From Caldisericota bacterium (lineage in GTDB: Bacteria; Caldisericota; Caldisericia; JAAYUI01): a stretch of DNA of 64,000 bases. The DNA lies in NCBI GenBank assembly GCA_029548865.1, contig JAKPMO010000002.1, positions 1 to 64,000 of the forward strand, given 5' to 3'. Shown piece after piece: positions 19,330 to 28,509 of this stretch; within the stretch, counting starts at the first letter, position 1, and each line of letters begins with the position of its first letter. A program made the position numbers and the translations under genes. Below the pieces are notes generated by a model. The model did not search any database and was not told the origin of the DNA. It saw only the letters and a list, made by a program, of their open reading frames with translations.

Positions 19330-20042
19330 TGCACAGGTTCTATGTACAGGGCGGCAAGCCTGTCCTGAAAGAGGGGGATTTCCAGCATGCAATCGTTGTC
19401 CTCAGGCTAGAAGAGGGCAAGGAGATAGAGATTATTCAGGGTTTTGGACAACGCCACTTGGCCAAGATAGGCAAGATTGACCTTAAAGCCAAACAGGCAG
19501 AGCTGATTATTGGTGAAAAGATAGAGGAGAGCGTAGAACCGCCCTGCAAAATAACACTGATTCAGGGAATACCGAGAATGGACAAGCTCGGAGACATTGT
19601 CGAATCATGCACACAGCTTGGTGTTTCAAAGTTTGTTCTTGTATATTGCAAAAGAACCCAGGGAAGGTACCCGCAGGACAGATGGGACAAAAAGATACAC
19701 AGCCTCGGCATAACCGCAAAATGTGCTGCAGAGCTTTCCGCCAGGGAGATAGTGCCAGAGATCATCGGACCGATGGATTTTGAGAAAGCAATAGCACTTT
19801 CCGAAGGTACCAAACTTATCCCTTGGGAACTTGAGCAAAGCACTCACATAGCAAAATCTATCAAAGGCCAACCATCTGAGGTCACAATAGCAATTGGTCC
19901 TGAAGGTGGCCTTGAACATTCTGAAATAGAGCTTGCCAGATCAAATGGTTTTATACCGGTGACACTTGGCCCAAGGATTTTAAGGGCAGAGCTTGCCCCT
20001 GTTGTTGCGATCTCCCAGTTGCTATCACAGGTTGAGGCTTGA
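19329..20042 (+). CDS. rsmE: 16S rRNA m3U1498 methyltransferase
   Basis: HxxxVLR, IGPEGG, LGPRILRAELA. Confidence 0.93.
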   Translation: MHRFYVQGGKPVLKEGDFQHAIVVLRLEEGKEIEIIQGFGQRHLAKIGKIDLKAKQAELIIGEKIEESVEPPCKITLIQGIPRMDKLGDIVESCTQLGVSKFVLVYCKRTQGRYPQDRWDKKIHSLGITAKCAAELSAREIVPEIIGPMDFEKAIALSEGTKLIPWELEQSTHIAKSIKGQPSEVTIAIGPEGGLEHSEIELARSNGFIPVTLGPRILRAELAPVVAISQLLSQVEA

Positions 20043-20043
20043 T

Positions 20044-21216
20044 TTGAATTTTTCCGTAATCAATTTTGGTTGCAAGGTCAACCAGTATCAGGGGGAATTA
20101 TTGAGGGAAAACCTCATTTTGCTTGGGCTCATTGAGGCCACTTCCCCGCCGTATGACCTTGTTTTTGTGAATGGGTGTATGGTAACTGAAACAGCTTCCA
20201 GAGAGGCCATGAGGACTGCCAGGAAATTTTCTTCCATTGCAAGGGTCTTTCTGACAGGGTGTCTTGGTAAAAACAATGCAAAAGACGGCTTTGAATATAT
20301 CAATCCTGATGCTCTTGAGGAATTGTCAGAAAAACTTGGTTTGCAAGGGAACATGAAATCTGAAATAGACTCATTTCTTGGTCACACTAGGGCGATGGTT
20401 CTGGTCCAGCTTGGGTGTGACAATTTTTGCTCGTACTGCATTGTTCCGTATATGAGAGGGGAACCAAGGAACAGACCGGCAAAGGATATTGTTGAGGAAA
20501 CTAAAAAATTGGCATCCTCCGGATTTAGGGAGATTGTTTTGTGCGGTACTGAACTTGGGCACAGAAAAGATCTGCCAGACCTTATAAAATCAATATCTGG
20601 CGTCCGGGGAATCGAGCGCATAAGACTTTCCTCAATAAATCCTAGGCACCTTTCTCCATCGCTGGTGAGGGAATTGCTTTCAATCGAAAAGGTTGCGCCA
20701 CACTTGCACTTGCCTTTGCAGTCTGGCTCCGACAGGGTGCTTGGCCTTATGAACAGGGGGTACAATCAGAAGCACTTTTTGCAGCTGGTTGATGCGGCAA
20801 GGGAAGGTAGAGACGAGATTGGTATAACGACCGACATTCTGGTCGGCTTCCCTGGGGAGAATGAAAATGATTTTGAAGAAACCATTAAAGTGATGGAAAT
20901 GGCAGCTTTTTCCAGATGCCACGTGTTCCCATTCTCAAAGCGCCCGGGAACGAAGGCGTATGATATGGAAGCAGTTCCAGACGAAATCATCAAGGCAAGG
21001 GCAAAAGATGCCAGAGCAAAGGCGTCTTCACTTGCAAGACAGGCAATTTCTGCTATGATAAATCGTTGCACTAAAGTCCTCGTTGAGTCAGACAGCGAAG
21101 GTTTTTCCGGCTCTTATTTGCGTGTGAGGGTCACAGGAAAAGTCGGGTTGGGTGACTTTGTGCCAGTGAGAATCACTGGCAAAGAAAAAGAGGGTCTTGT
21201 TGGAGAGAAGATTTGA
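20044..21216 (+). CDS. mtaB: tRNA methylthiotransferase, MtaB-type radical SAM
   Basis: FGCKVNQY, GCDNFCSYCIVPY, HLPLQSGSD, VGFPGE; canonical position after rsmE; TTG start 20044. Confidence 0.85.
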   Translation: MNFSVINFGCKVNQYQGELLRENLILLGLIEATSPPYDLVFVNGCMVTETASREAMRTARKFSSIARVFLTGCLGKNNAKDGFEYINPDALEELSEKLGLQGNMKSEIDSFLGHTRAMVLVQLGCDNFCSYCIVPYMRGEPRNRPAKDIVEETKKLASSGFREIVLCGTELGHRKDLPDLIKSISGVRGIERIRLSSINPRHLSPSLVRELLSIEKVAPHLHLPLQSGSDRVLGLMNRGYNQKHFLQLVDAAREGRDEIGITTDILVGFPGENENDFEETIKVMEMAAFSRCHVFPFSKRPGTKAYDMEAVPDEIIKARAKDARAKASSLARQAISAMINRCTKVLVESDSEGFSGSYLRVRVTGKVGLGDFVPVRITGKEKEGLVGEKI

Positions 21217-21839
21217 CGGAAAATAATAAGAGAACATCGGATTTTATTAACAAATATGGGTCCTTTATTACTGCCCTGATTGGTTTTGCTGCTCTTGTCG
21301 CGGTTTCATTTTTTCTAAATAGAAATGAAGCTGATGGGAAATTGACTTGGTTTTGGGGAAGCATGGTTTTCTTTGCGGCATGGCCGGTTGAATCTGCCAT
21401 TTTTACTTTCCTAACCGAATCCTTCTGGCAGCATCTTGCTGGGTCTCTGATGCTCGCTTTTTGCCTTACACTTGGCAACTTCCTCCAAACACAAACACTC
21501 ACCTGGTCATTGCTTCTTGCTCCAGCATGTTTGTTGTGGCCAATAGCTTATGCTGTGTGGTCATTCATCAAAAAAGTTTCCAAATCAAATATTCTAGCCT
21601 CTCTGGTTGGCTGGATTGTCGTATCTGCCATTGCTGTTGCTGCCGAATGGTTTTTAATGAAGCGTTTTACATGGTCACTCACCTTGGTCATCTGCCTTGC
21701 TTTCTGGCCAGCAATCTCCCTTGTTTATGTACGTGAAGACAATCCAAAAAGTTCCCAAACAGTAGATGCCGAGAGCTCACCAGACAGCCAGCTTGATGCC
21801 CAAGAGCCAGAACAAAAAGAGGAAGATAAGAATGAGTGA
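21213..21839 (+). CDS. Membrane protein with repeated 'xxWP' TM units
   Basis: About 6 TM segments; AAWPV, LLWPI, AFWPA repeats. Confidence 0.65.
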   Translation: MTENNKRTSDFINKYGSFITALIGFAALVAVSFFLNRNEADGKLTWFWGSMVFFAAWPVESAIFTFLTESFWQHLAGSLMLAFCLTLGNFLQTQTLTWSLLLAPACLLWPIAYAVWSFIKKVSKSNILASLVGWIVVSAIAVAAEWFLMKRFTWSLTLVICLAFWPAISLVYVREDNPKSSQTVDAESSPDSQLDAQEPEQKEEDKNE

Positions 21840-22164
21840 CTGCATCTTCTGTAAGATCATTGCTGGCGAGATTCCATCAAAGAAAGTCTATGAGGATGAT
21901 GACGTTATTTGTTTCCATGATATTCATCCAGCAGCCAGCGTCCATGTACTGGTTGTACCGAAAAGACATTTTTCAAGCTTGAACGAGCTTGATGATCCCG
22001 AGCTTGCAGGAAAGCTTTTTCTGGTCGTTCCGACGATAGCGAAGATGCTTGGCGTGGATGGCGCCTATAGGACCGTTGTAAATACGGGAAAAGGTGCCGG
22101 GCAGAGTGTTGCCCACATCCATCTCCATATCCTTGGTGGCCCCAGAATTGGTATGCCAGAGTGA
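21832..22164 (+). CDS. hinT: Histidine triad nucleotide-binding protein
   Basis: DCIFCKII...HIHLHILGG. Confidence 0.92.
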   Translation: MSDCIFCKIIAGEIPSKKVYEDDDVICFHDIHPAASVHVLVVPKRHFSSLNELDDPELAGKLFLVVPTIAKMLGVDGAYRTVVNTGKGAGQSVAHIHLHILGGPRIGMPE

Positions 22165-22191
22165 GCCGACAGGAAGGGGGTGATTAAATAG

Positions 22192-22368
22192 ATGCAAGAA
22201 TTGAAACGTAAAGACAATGAAACTTTTGATTCAATGCTCCACAGATTCCAGCAGGTTTGCCTGAAAGATGGTATTTTTGCCGAGATTCGCAAGAGAGAGT
22301 ATTTCATGCCCCCTTCGATCAAACGCAAAAAAAAGAGAGCAAAAGCCAAGAAGGGAAAGAGGTTTTAG
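22192..22368 (+). CDS. rpsU: 30S ribosomal protein bS21
   Basis: Not in ORF track; MQELKRKDNETFDSMLHRFQQVCLKDGIFAEIRKREYFMPPSIKRKKK...; GGGGGTG SD; canonical position after hit. Confidence 0.93.
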   Translation: MQELKRKDNETFDSMLHRFQQVCLKDGIFAEIRKREYFMPPSIKRKKKRAKAKKGKRF

Positions 22369-22375
22369 TGTAAAC

Positions 22376-22410
22376 AGGGGCCCCAAGAACGTATCATTTG
22401 GGGCCCTTTT
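22376..22410 (+). terminator. Intrinsic terminator after rpsU
   Basis: GGGCCCCAA...TTGGGGCCC followed by TTTT. Confidence 0.7.
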
Positions 22411-22419
22411 ACAAAAAAG

Positions 22420-24504
22420 ATGAGCCAAAAAACAAAAAAAGCTGGCGCCATAGGTGTGAAGGCCTGGGTTGCAGGCGTTTTTGTTTATCTGTCCTTTGCC
22501 ATATTGCTTGCCACCTTCTATTTTCCAGGCCTTTCTTTCACGCTTCATTCAGGCAATATTGCACCAAAGGACATTATATCCCCGAGGGACGACCAGATTG
22601 TTGACAAAGCCGCAACTGATGCGGCAAGGGAAAGGGCGGCTGCGAGCGTCCTGACGTCCTATGATTTTGACGAAAAGGTCCTCGAGAACTCAATAAAACG
22701 CATTGATGCGCTCTTTGATCTTGTCATTGAGACGATAAGGGACAAGACCTTGCTTACAGATGCACAAAAGGCTGAGCAACTTCGTTTCCAGATTGCTAGA
22801 TCAAATCTTGGTTTTGACCTCAAACCAGAAACCATAACAAAGCTTGCGGGTGCAAATACCGCTCAAATAGAAGACCTGAGAAGTGGCGTCATTGATGTAA
22901 CGAGGAGTCTTCTCATAAAGGGCATCAACGAAGAGGGCATAAAAAACATCACCAATGACATTGAAACCTATGTCAAGCTCAGACCCTCAAGCCAGTGGAC
23001 GAGAAACCTCCTGCTTGAAATAACAAAATTTACGGTTGCCCAAAACATGTTTGTCAATGAGGAGCAAACCCGCAAAAACCGCGACTATGCAAAAAACAGG
23101 ATCAGCCCTATTGTAAGAACAGTCAGCGAAGGAGAAATAATCGTAATGGCTGGTGAACCGATCACTCCCGATGCAATGGCAATAATCGAATATCTTGGAA
23201 TTGCCAGAAATATCGGTGATTGGAGAACATGGCTCGCCATTGCGCTTTATCCGCTTATTTTGGTCATTTTTCTCTACATGGTGATTGCAATTTCAAACAA
23301 AATTATTCTTGAAGACACAACAAAAATAACCCTTTTTGTGATTCTCGTTATTATCTCGATTGCTGGCGCAAGGTTCCTTGTTCCAATATCACCATTTTTG
23401 GCGTTAACACCTTTTGTGGCCATCATAATGACAATCTTTCTTGGTGCTCAGGTTTCAATTCCAGTCATGCTGCTGCTTTCCCCTCTTGGGGTCATTTTCA
23501 AGAGCATAGCCTCTGCCCCCGTTTCTGGAACAATGGCACTTTCCTTTGGTTTTGCCCTTATCGGATACATGACTTGCCTCCATCTCCCAAAGGTAAAACG
23601 TTTTACCCACTTTGTTGTTGTAATAGTATACTCCTTGATAGGAACTGTACTTGCCTCCTCCCTTTTTGTGCTCTTCTCAACATTGGACAAGATGGGTATG
23701 CTCATAATGGTTGCGATAGCGCTTGGCTCAACAACTGTTCAGGTGGCGCTTGCGCTGGCATTGACTCCTTTCCTGGAATTGCTTACCACACACACGACCG
23801 TTTTCAGACTCCTCGAACTCTCTGACCTCAATCATCCCCTGCTCAGAAAGTTGATGATAGAGGCCCCAGGTACTTACCAGCATTCGATCCTTGTCGGCAA
23901 CATGGCCTCAATTGCCTGTGACGAAATAGGGGCGAATGGTCTTTTGGCCAGAGTTGGCGGTTACTATCATGACATAGGTAAGTTGAAGTATCCGCACTAC
24001 TTTATCGAGAACCAGCAAGGCCCCAATCCACACGACAGCCTTTCGCCAGGCCTTTCAAAGACTATCATCACGAAACATGTTTCTGAAGGCCTTGAACTTG
24101 CAAGATTCTACAAACTTCCGCAAGAAATAATGGGCTTTGTTGATACACACCATGGCACATCACTTGTTGGCTTCTTTCTTTTGAAAGCTAGAGAAAAAGA
24201 CCCGGAGACAGAGGAAGACGATTTCAGGTATCAAGGTTCGCACCCACGAACCATCGAACAGGCTGTGGTCATGCTTGCTGACACAATCGAATCTGCCTCA
24301 AGGGCATGCCAGATGCAAAACAGCTTTTGCGATCTTGATGACCTTATTGAAAGACTTGTTGATGAGAAGCTCAGGGATGGACAGCTTCAGGACAGCCCGA
24401 TAAGCCTCTCACAATTGACCGCAGTTAAGGAATCTTTTAAGAAACAGCTTTCGGCACAATATCACAAGAGAATACCTTATCCAGCGGAGGTTCAACATGG
24501 ATAA
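22420..24504 (+). CDS. pgpH: 7TM-HD (HDIG) phosphohydrolase, PgpH-like c-di-AMP phosphodiesterase
   Basis: Extracellular 7TMR-HDED domain, TM block, EAPGTYQHS, YYHDIGK, HHGT, MLAD. Confidence 0.85.
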   Translation: MSQKTKKAGAIGVKAWVAGVFVYLSFAILLATFYFPGLSFTLHSGNIAPKDIISPRDDQIVDKAATDAARERAAASVLTSYDFDEKVLENSIKRIDALFDLVIETIRDKTLLTDAQKAEQLRFQIARSNLGFDLKPETITKLAGANTAQIEDLRSGVIDVTRSLLIKGINEEGIKNITNDIETYVKLRPSSQWTRNLLLEITKFTVAQNMFVNEEQTRKNRDYAKNRISPIVRTVSEGEIIVMAGEPITPDAMAIIEYLGIARNIGDWRTWLAIALYPLILVIFLYMVIAISNKIILEDTTKITLFVILVIISIAGARFLVPISPFLALTPFVAIIMTIFLGAQVSIPVMLLLSPLGVIFKSIASAPVSGTMALSFGFALIGYMTCLHLPKVKRFTHFVVVIVYSLIGTVLASSLFVLFSTLDKMGMLIMVAIALGSTTVQVALALALTPFLELLTTHTTVFRLLELSDLNHPLLRKLMIEAPGTYQHSILVGNMASIACDEIGANGLLARVGGYYHDIGKLKYPHYFIENQQGPNPHDSLSPGLSKTIITKHVSEGLELARFYKLPQEIMGFVDTHHGTSLVGFFLLKAREKDPETEEDDFRYQGSHPRTIEQAVVMLADTIESASRACQMQNSFCDLDDLIERLVDEKLRDGQLQDSPISLSQLTAVKESFKKQLSAQYHKRIPYPAEVQHG

Positions 24505-24931
24505 CAAGTGTGATGTTGCCGGCCCTTTGTCTGACCCTTTCAGTAGTCACATAGAAAAATTTGTCATTTCCTGTTGCCCTGAGGTTTTTGGGGAGCGTTG
24601 CCCTGTTACAGTTTCTGTTGCGATCGTGGATGATGATGAAATCCAGTCGCTAAACAGGGGGTACAGAGACAAAGATGAACCGACTGATGTTCTCTCATTT
24701 GAGGACGACCTCATAATTGAAGATGGGCTAAGTTTTGTTGGTGATATAATAGTTTCGCTTCCCTATGCGCAAAGAGACAAGGGCGATAAATCAATCCTTG
24801 AGTATGTCCTCTTCCTCGTTGCCCACGGTTTGCTCCACCTGTCAGGTTTGGATCACAAAACTGACGAAGAAAGGCTCCAGATGATCGAAAGAGGGGAGGA
24901 GCTCGTCAGAAAATATGTCCCCAAGATTTAA
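24497..24931 (+). CDS. ybeY: rRNA maturation endoribonuclease YbeY
   Basis: LNRGYRDKDEPTDVLSF, HGLLHLSGLDH. Confidence 0.93.
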   Translation: MDNKCDVAGPLSDPFSSHIEKFVISCCPEVFGERCPVTVSVAIVDDDEIQSLNRGYRDKDEPTDVLSFEDDLIIEDGLSFVGDIIVSLPYAQRDKGDKSILEYVLFLVAHGLLHLSGLDHKTDEERLQMIERGEELVRKYVPKI

Positions 24932-25313
24932 AAGATCATTCTATAGGGCCTTTATCGGTCTTGGAATCGGGTTTGAAGACCCGATGTTAAAGAGACACAT
25001 TGTTTCAACCATAGGAGCGATTGCCTGTGCAGTATATTACAAACTTGACAGTGTTGAGATGGCCATAGTTCTCCTGTGCTGTTCGCTTGTTATTGGCTTG
25101 GAGTTGCTCAACACTGCTTTTGAGAAGATCGCTAATGAACTAAAAAATCCGCGGCCATCTCTTGATGTTGCAGCGGCCTCTGTTTTGATGGTTTCGTTGT
25201 TTTCCCTTGCTATTGGCCTCATGTTTTTCTTGCCCAAAGCGGCCGCTTCTTCGCCGTGGTTTTTGCTGATTGTTATGGTTTTAACTCCTATCTCATGGAT
25301 GGTAATAAAATAA
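24915..25313 (+). CDS. dgkA: Diacylglycerol/undecaprenol kinase (DgkA family)
   Basis: ELLNTAFE, DVAAASV; follows ybeY. Confidence 0.8.
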   Translation: MSPRFKRSFYRAFIGLGIGFEDPMLKRHIVSTIGAIACAVYYKLDSVEMAIVLLCCSLVIGLELLNTAFEKIANELKNPRPSLDVAAASVLMVSLFSLAIGLMFFLPKAAASSPWFLLIVMVLTPISWMVIK

Positions 25314-26600
25314 ATGGATAATGGTTTGAATTACTTGTACACGTTCCTTCTGCTTCTGGCTTCCGCTTTTTTCTCGGCCGCAGAAGTTGCTTTTCTCACC
25401 TCGGACAAAATCAAGCTCAAGGAAATGGCCAGTGAGGGCATTTCCTGGGCCAGTGGCGTGCTGAAACTCAGGCTTGATAGGGAAAAGACACTGACAGCTA
25501 TCTTGTTGTTGAACAATCTTGCGAACAATGCTGCCACAGTCCTTGCCACTGTTATCGCGCAAAAACTGAGCCAGTCTGCGGTAGTATGGGTAACACCCAT
25601 CATGACGGCCATAATAGTTATTTTTGGAGAAATGATTCCAAAAACAGCGGGGTCTAGAAAACCCATTTCTATTGCAAAATTTGCTCTTTTCCCCATGCGA
25701 TTTTTGATAATTGGGCTAACCCCGATCATTTGGATATTACAAAAAATAACAGAATTCTTTCTCTGGATTATGCATCTCCAGCCCGATTCGTCTCAATCAG
25801 CCGTTGTCACAGAAGATGAACTGGAAGCGATGATAAATATATCACACCAGGAAGGTCTCATCCCCACCGAAGAGAGGGTGATGATAGAGAAAGTGTTTGA
25901 ATTTGGCGACACGACAGTATATGATGTGATGGTGCCAAGGGTTGATATAGTTTCGGCCCCTGTAACATCCACCGTCCAGGAACTGCTTTCAATTGTAAAA
26001 GAATATGGACATTCAAGACTACCGATTTACAGAGACAATCCTGACAATGTAATAGGCATTTTGCACGTAAAAGACCTTATAACTATTGTTGCTAGTGGTG
26101 GAAAGGGCGAATTTAAACTTGATAAGGTACTGAGAGAACCTTATTTTATTCCTGACAGCAAACACATATCTGACGTATTCAGGGAGATGAGGGCCAAAAG
26201 GGTACACCTCGGGATGGTCGTTGATGAATTTGGAGGAATCTCTGGACTTATAACGCTTGAAGACCTGCTGGAAGAGCTTGTTGGTGAAATCCAGGACGAG
26301 TATGACACGGATGAAGAACCTGTCAAAAAGATTAATGAAAATACATACATTATTCAGGCCAACCTCAACATGGAGCAGGTAAACGAGGTACTAAATACTG
26401 ATCTGAGCAATGAAAATTACGACACACTTGCTGGTTTCATGATGGACAGGCTTGGTCACTTGGGTAAAGTCGGTGAGAAGGTTGAAACTGAGGATTTCAC
26501 ATTCATCATTGACCAGATAAGAAAGATGCGCATCCTGAAAGTGAAAGTGATGGACAAACGCGAGAAATCAAAAGGTCCCGAGATTTATACGACAAATTGA
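25314..26600 (+). CDS. CNNM/HlyC-CorC family transporter (DUF21-CBS-CorC)
   Basis: SAFFSAAEVA, GEMIPK, VMVPR, HSRLPIY, VVDEFGG, TLEDLLEELVGEI. Confidence 0.9.
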   Translation: MDNGLNYLYTFLLLLASAFFSAAEVAFLTSDKIKLKEMASEGISWASGVLKLRLDREKTLTAILLLNNLANNAATVLATVIAQKLSQSAVVWVTPIMTAIIVIFGEMIPKTAGSRKPISIAKFALFPMRFLIIGLTPIIWILQKITEFFLWIMHLQPDSSQSAVVTEDELEAMINISHQEGLIPTEERVMIEKVFEFGDTTVYDVMVPRVDIVSAPVTSTVQELLSIVKEYGHSRLPIYRDNPDNVIGILHVKDLITIVASGGKGEFKLDKVLREPYFIPDSKHISDVFREMRAKRVHLGMVVDEFGGISGLITLEDLLEELVGEIQDEYDTDEEPVKKINENTYIIQANLNMEQVNEVLNTDLSNENYDTLAGFMMDRLGHLGKVGEKVETEDFTFIIDQIRKMRILKVKVMDKREKSKGPEIYTTN

Positions 26601-26613
26601 TGGCGGTGAAATC

Positions 26614-27342
26614 ATGCTTGTGATTGGTAATTGGAAAATGAACAAAACCGTGGCGGAAGCCAGGGTTTTTATAAAAGAACTGCTTCGCGAACGTTTTAAT
26701 AAAATATGTTCTGTTGGCATTACTCCAAATTTTGTCGCCCTACATGTTGTTGGTGAACTTCTGGAAGGCTCACCGATTGGTTTTGGGGCCCAAAATTGCT
26801 ACTTTGAAGACCAGGGAGCGTTCACTGGCGAAGTTTCACCATTGATGCTAAAAGACCTCGGCTGTAAGTGGTGTCTTGTTGGTCATTCCGAGCGGAGACA
26901 TATCTTTGGCGAGACGGATGAACTGGTCAGAAGGAAAACAGTTGCTCTCCTGAGGCATGGAATCAGGCCAATCGTTTGTGTTGGCGAAACACTCGAGCAG
27001 AGAAACTCTGGTAAGGCCATTTCCATTTTGTCTGCCCAACTCTCAAGGGCGCTTGAGGGCCTGGACCTTGGTGAGGAAGAATTTATTCTGGCCTATGAGC
27101 CTGTATGGGCGATTGGTACTGGCATGGTTGCCAAACCTCCCCAGATAGAAGAAGCGCACAATTTCATCATCGAGCATTGCAAAAGGATGCACCCGAAAAC
27201 AAACTTTAGGGTTCTCTATGGGGGATCGGTAACACCAGAAAACTGCAAGGAAATTGCTGTTAACGGAGTGGGCGGCTTCCTTGTTGGAGGGGCATCGCTC
27301 CTGGTAGAGAAATTCTCCTCGATAATAATGTCCTGCGATTAG
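26614..27342 (+). CDS. tpiA: Triosephosphate isomerase
   Basis: GNWKMN, GHSERR, AYEPVWAIGTG, YGGSV, LVGGASL. Confidence 0.97.
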   Translation: MLVIGNWKMNKTVAEARVFIKELLRERFNKICSVGITPNFVALHVVGELLEGSPIGFGAQNCYFEDQGAFTGEVSPLMLKDLGCKWCLVGHSERRHIFGETDELVRRKTVALLRHGIRPIVCVGETLEQRNSGKAISILSAQLSRALEGLDLGEEEFILAYEPVWAIGTGMVAKPPQIEEAHNFIIEHCKRMHPKTNFRVLYGGSVTPENCKEIAVNGVGGFLVGGASLLVEKFSSIIMSCD

Positions 27343-27944
27343 ACAATAGTTGGTGGGAACATAGGTACTTTCATCACTCTAAATACAATCCAGATAATAA
27401 TGAAGTAAACCAGTTCAAAGACCCACCACATGTTTATTGCCTGCACCCAATTTTTGGCCAGCTCTGTTTTTATGTCCCAGAGAAGTGCACCAGATATTAT
27501 CGCGAAAAATCCCATCGTGAGATATACCTGCCAGCCAAGCGGCATGCCCGTTGTGATGGCCATTACCGCGTAAGAGGGAAAATTCAAAAACCACACATTG
27601 GTGACGTCCCTGATTTGCTGGTCCAAACTTTGTGGAATTAAAACGTTGTCAAACTGGATTGCCGGAACTGAAAGCAAGGCCAGAAGTGCAATTACACCAA
27701 AAACTTTTGCGGCCCTGTATTTTATCTCGGTGTTCATCCACGAAACACCATACATCACAAAAAACATCACGGAAAGCAAGAAAAACCTGTCCATGATTGG
27801 CGAGAAATTGGATTTTCCGACGAGTGCCACCTTACCAAAAAAATCATGGGCGATAAACCAGAAAGAAAGTGGCAAAATGAACATTATTGCGGCTACCGAG
27901 ATTATTGAAATTTCTACAACCTTGCTTTTTGTTTTTTCATCCAT
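27339..27944 (-). CDS. Hypothetical membrane protein
   Basis: About 5 TM segments; TATAAT 9 nt upstream of the ATG. Confidence 0.7.
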   Translation of the reverse strand: MDEKTKSKVVEISIISVAAIMFILPLSFWFIAHDFFGKVALVGKSNFSPIMDRFFLLSVMFFVMYGVSWMNTEIKYRAAKVFGVIALLALLSVPAIQFDNVLIPQSLDQQIRDVTNVWFLNFPSYAVMAITTGMPLGWQVYLTMGFFAIISGALLWDIKTELAKNWVQAINMWWVFELVYFIIIWIVFRVMKVPMFPPTIV

Positions 27945-28023
27945 TTGAGGGAGATTATATTTTATGGGGCCAAATGGTCAACGTTACTTGCCATATTTTG
28001 CCTCAGGTTGTATTATTCACACG

Positions 28024-28509
28024 ATGGAACAAGGACAAAGAATGGAGTTTTTGCCTACCGACAGATCAAGTTTTGATTCAAACTCAGTTGGTTCTTTTGA
28101 GTGGAGAACTTTTGAACATCCGACGCAAGCAAACCAGATGTTTGATCCAAACATCATAAATCCTTCGCTTACGTTTGCATTGAAATTTGCCGATGGCAAA
28201 ATAGCGGCTTTGTCTTCAATATTTGATTATGACCAAAAAAACGGCAACTGCCAGATTGCTGTAGCCAGCAATGTTGCACCTGGCGAGGTCTTTTTGTCAT
28301 TGTTGAAGCACTGTTTTGGAGTGCTGAACCTTGAAAAAGTCGGGGTCAAACTCGCTGAAGGCTCCAAAATTATGGGTGATCTTGAAAAAATCGGTTTTGT
28401 TGTTGAAGCAAAAATGAGAAGACATGCTTTCGTTAATGGCAAGTACATGGATGTTGTCTGGATGGCAATCGTAAGGGACGATTTCAAGAGGTGCAATAAT
28501 GAACTATAA
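28024..28509 (+). CDS. GNAT-like (RimJ/RimL type) protein, degenerate
   Basis: LNLEKV...EKIGFVVEAKMRRH..NGKYMD; start 28024 inferred from TTGCCA-17-TATTAT-7-ATG. Confidence 0.65.
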   Translation: MEQGQRMEFLPTDRSSFDSNSVGSFEWRTFEHPTQANQMFDPNIINPSLTFALKFADGKIAALSSIFDYDQKNGNCQIAVASNVAPGEVFLSLLKHCFGVLNLEKVGVKLAEGSKIMGDLEKIGFVVEAKMRRHAFVNGKYMDVVWMAIVRDDFKRCNNEL

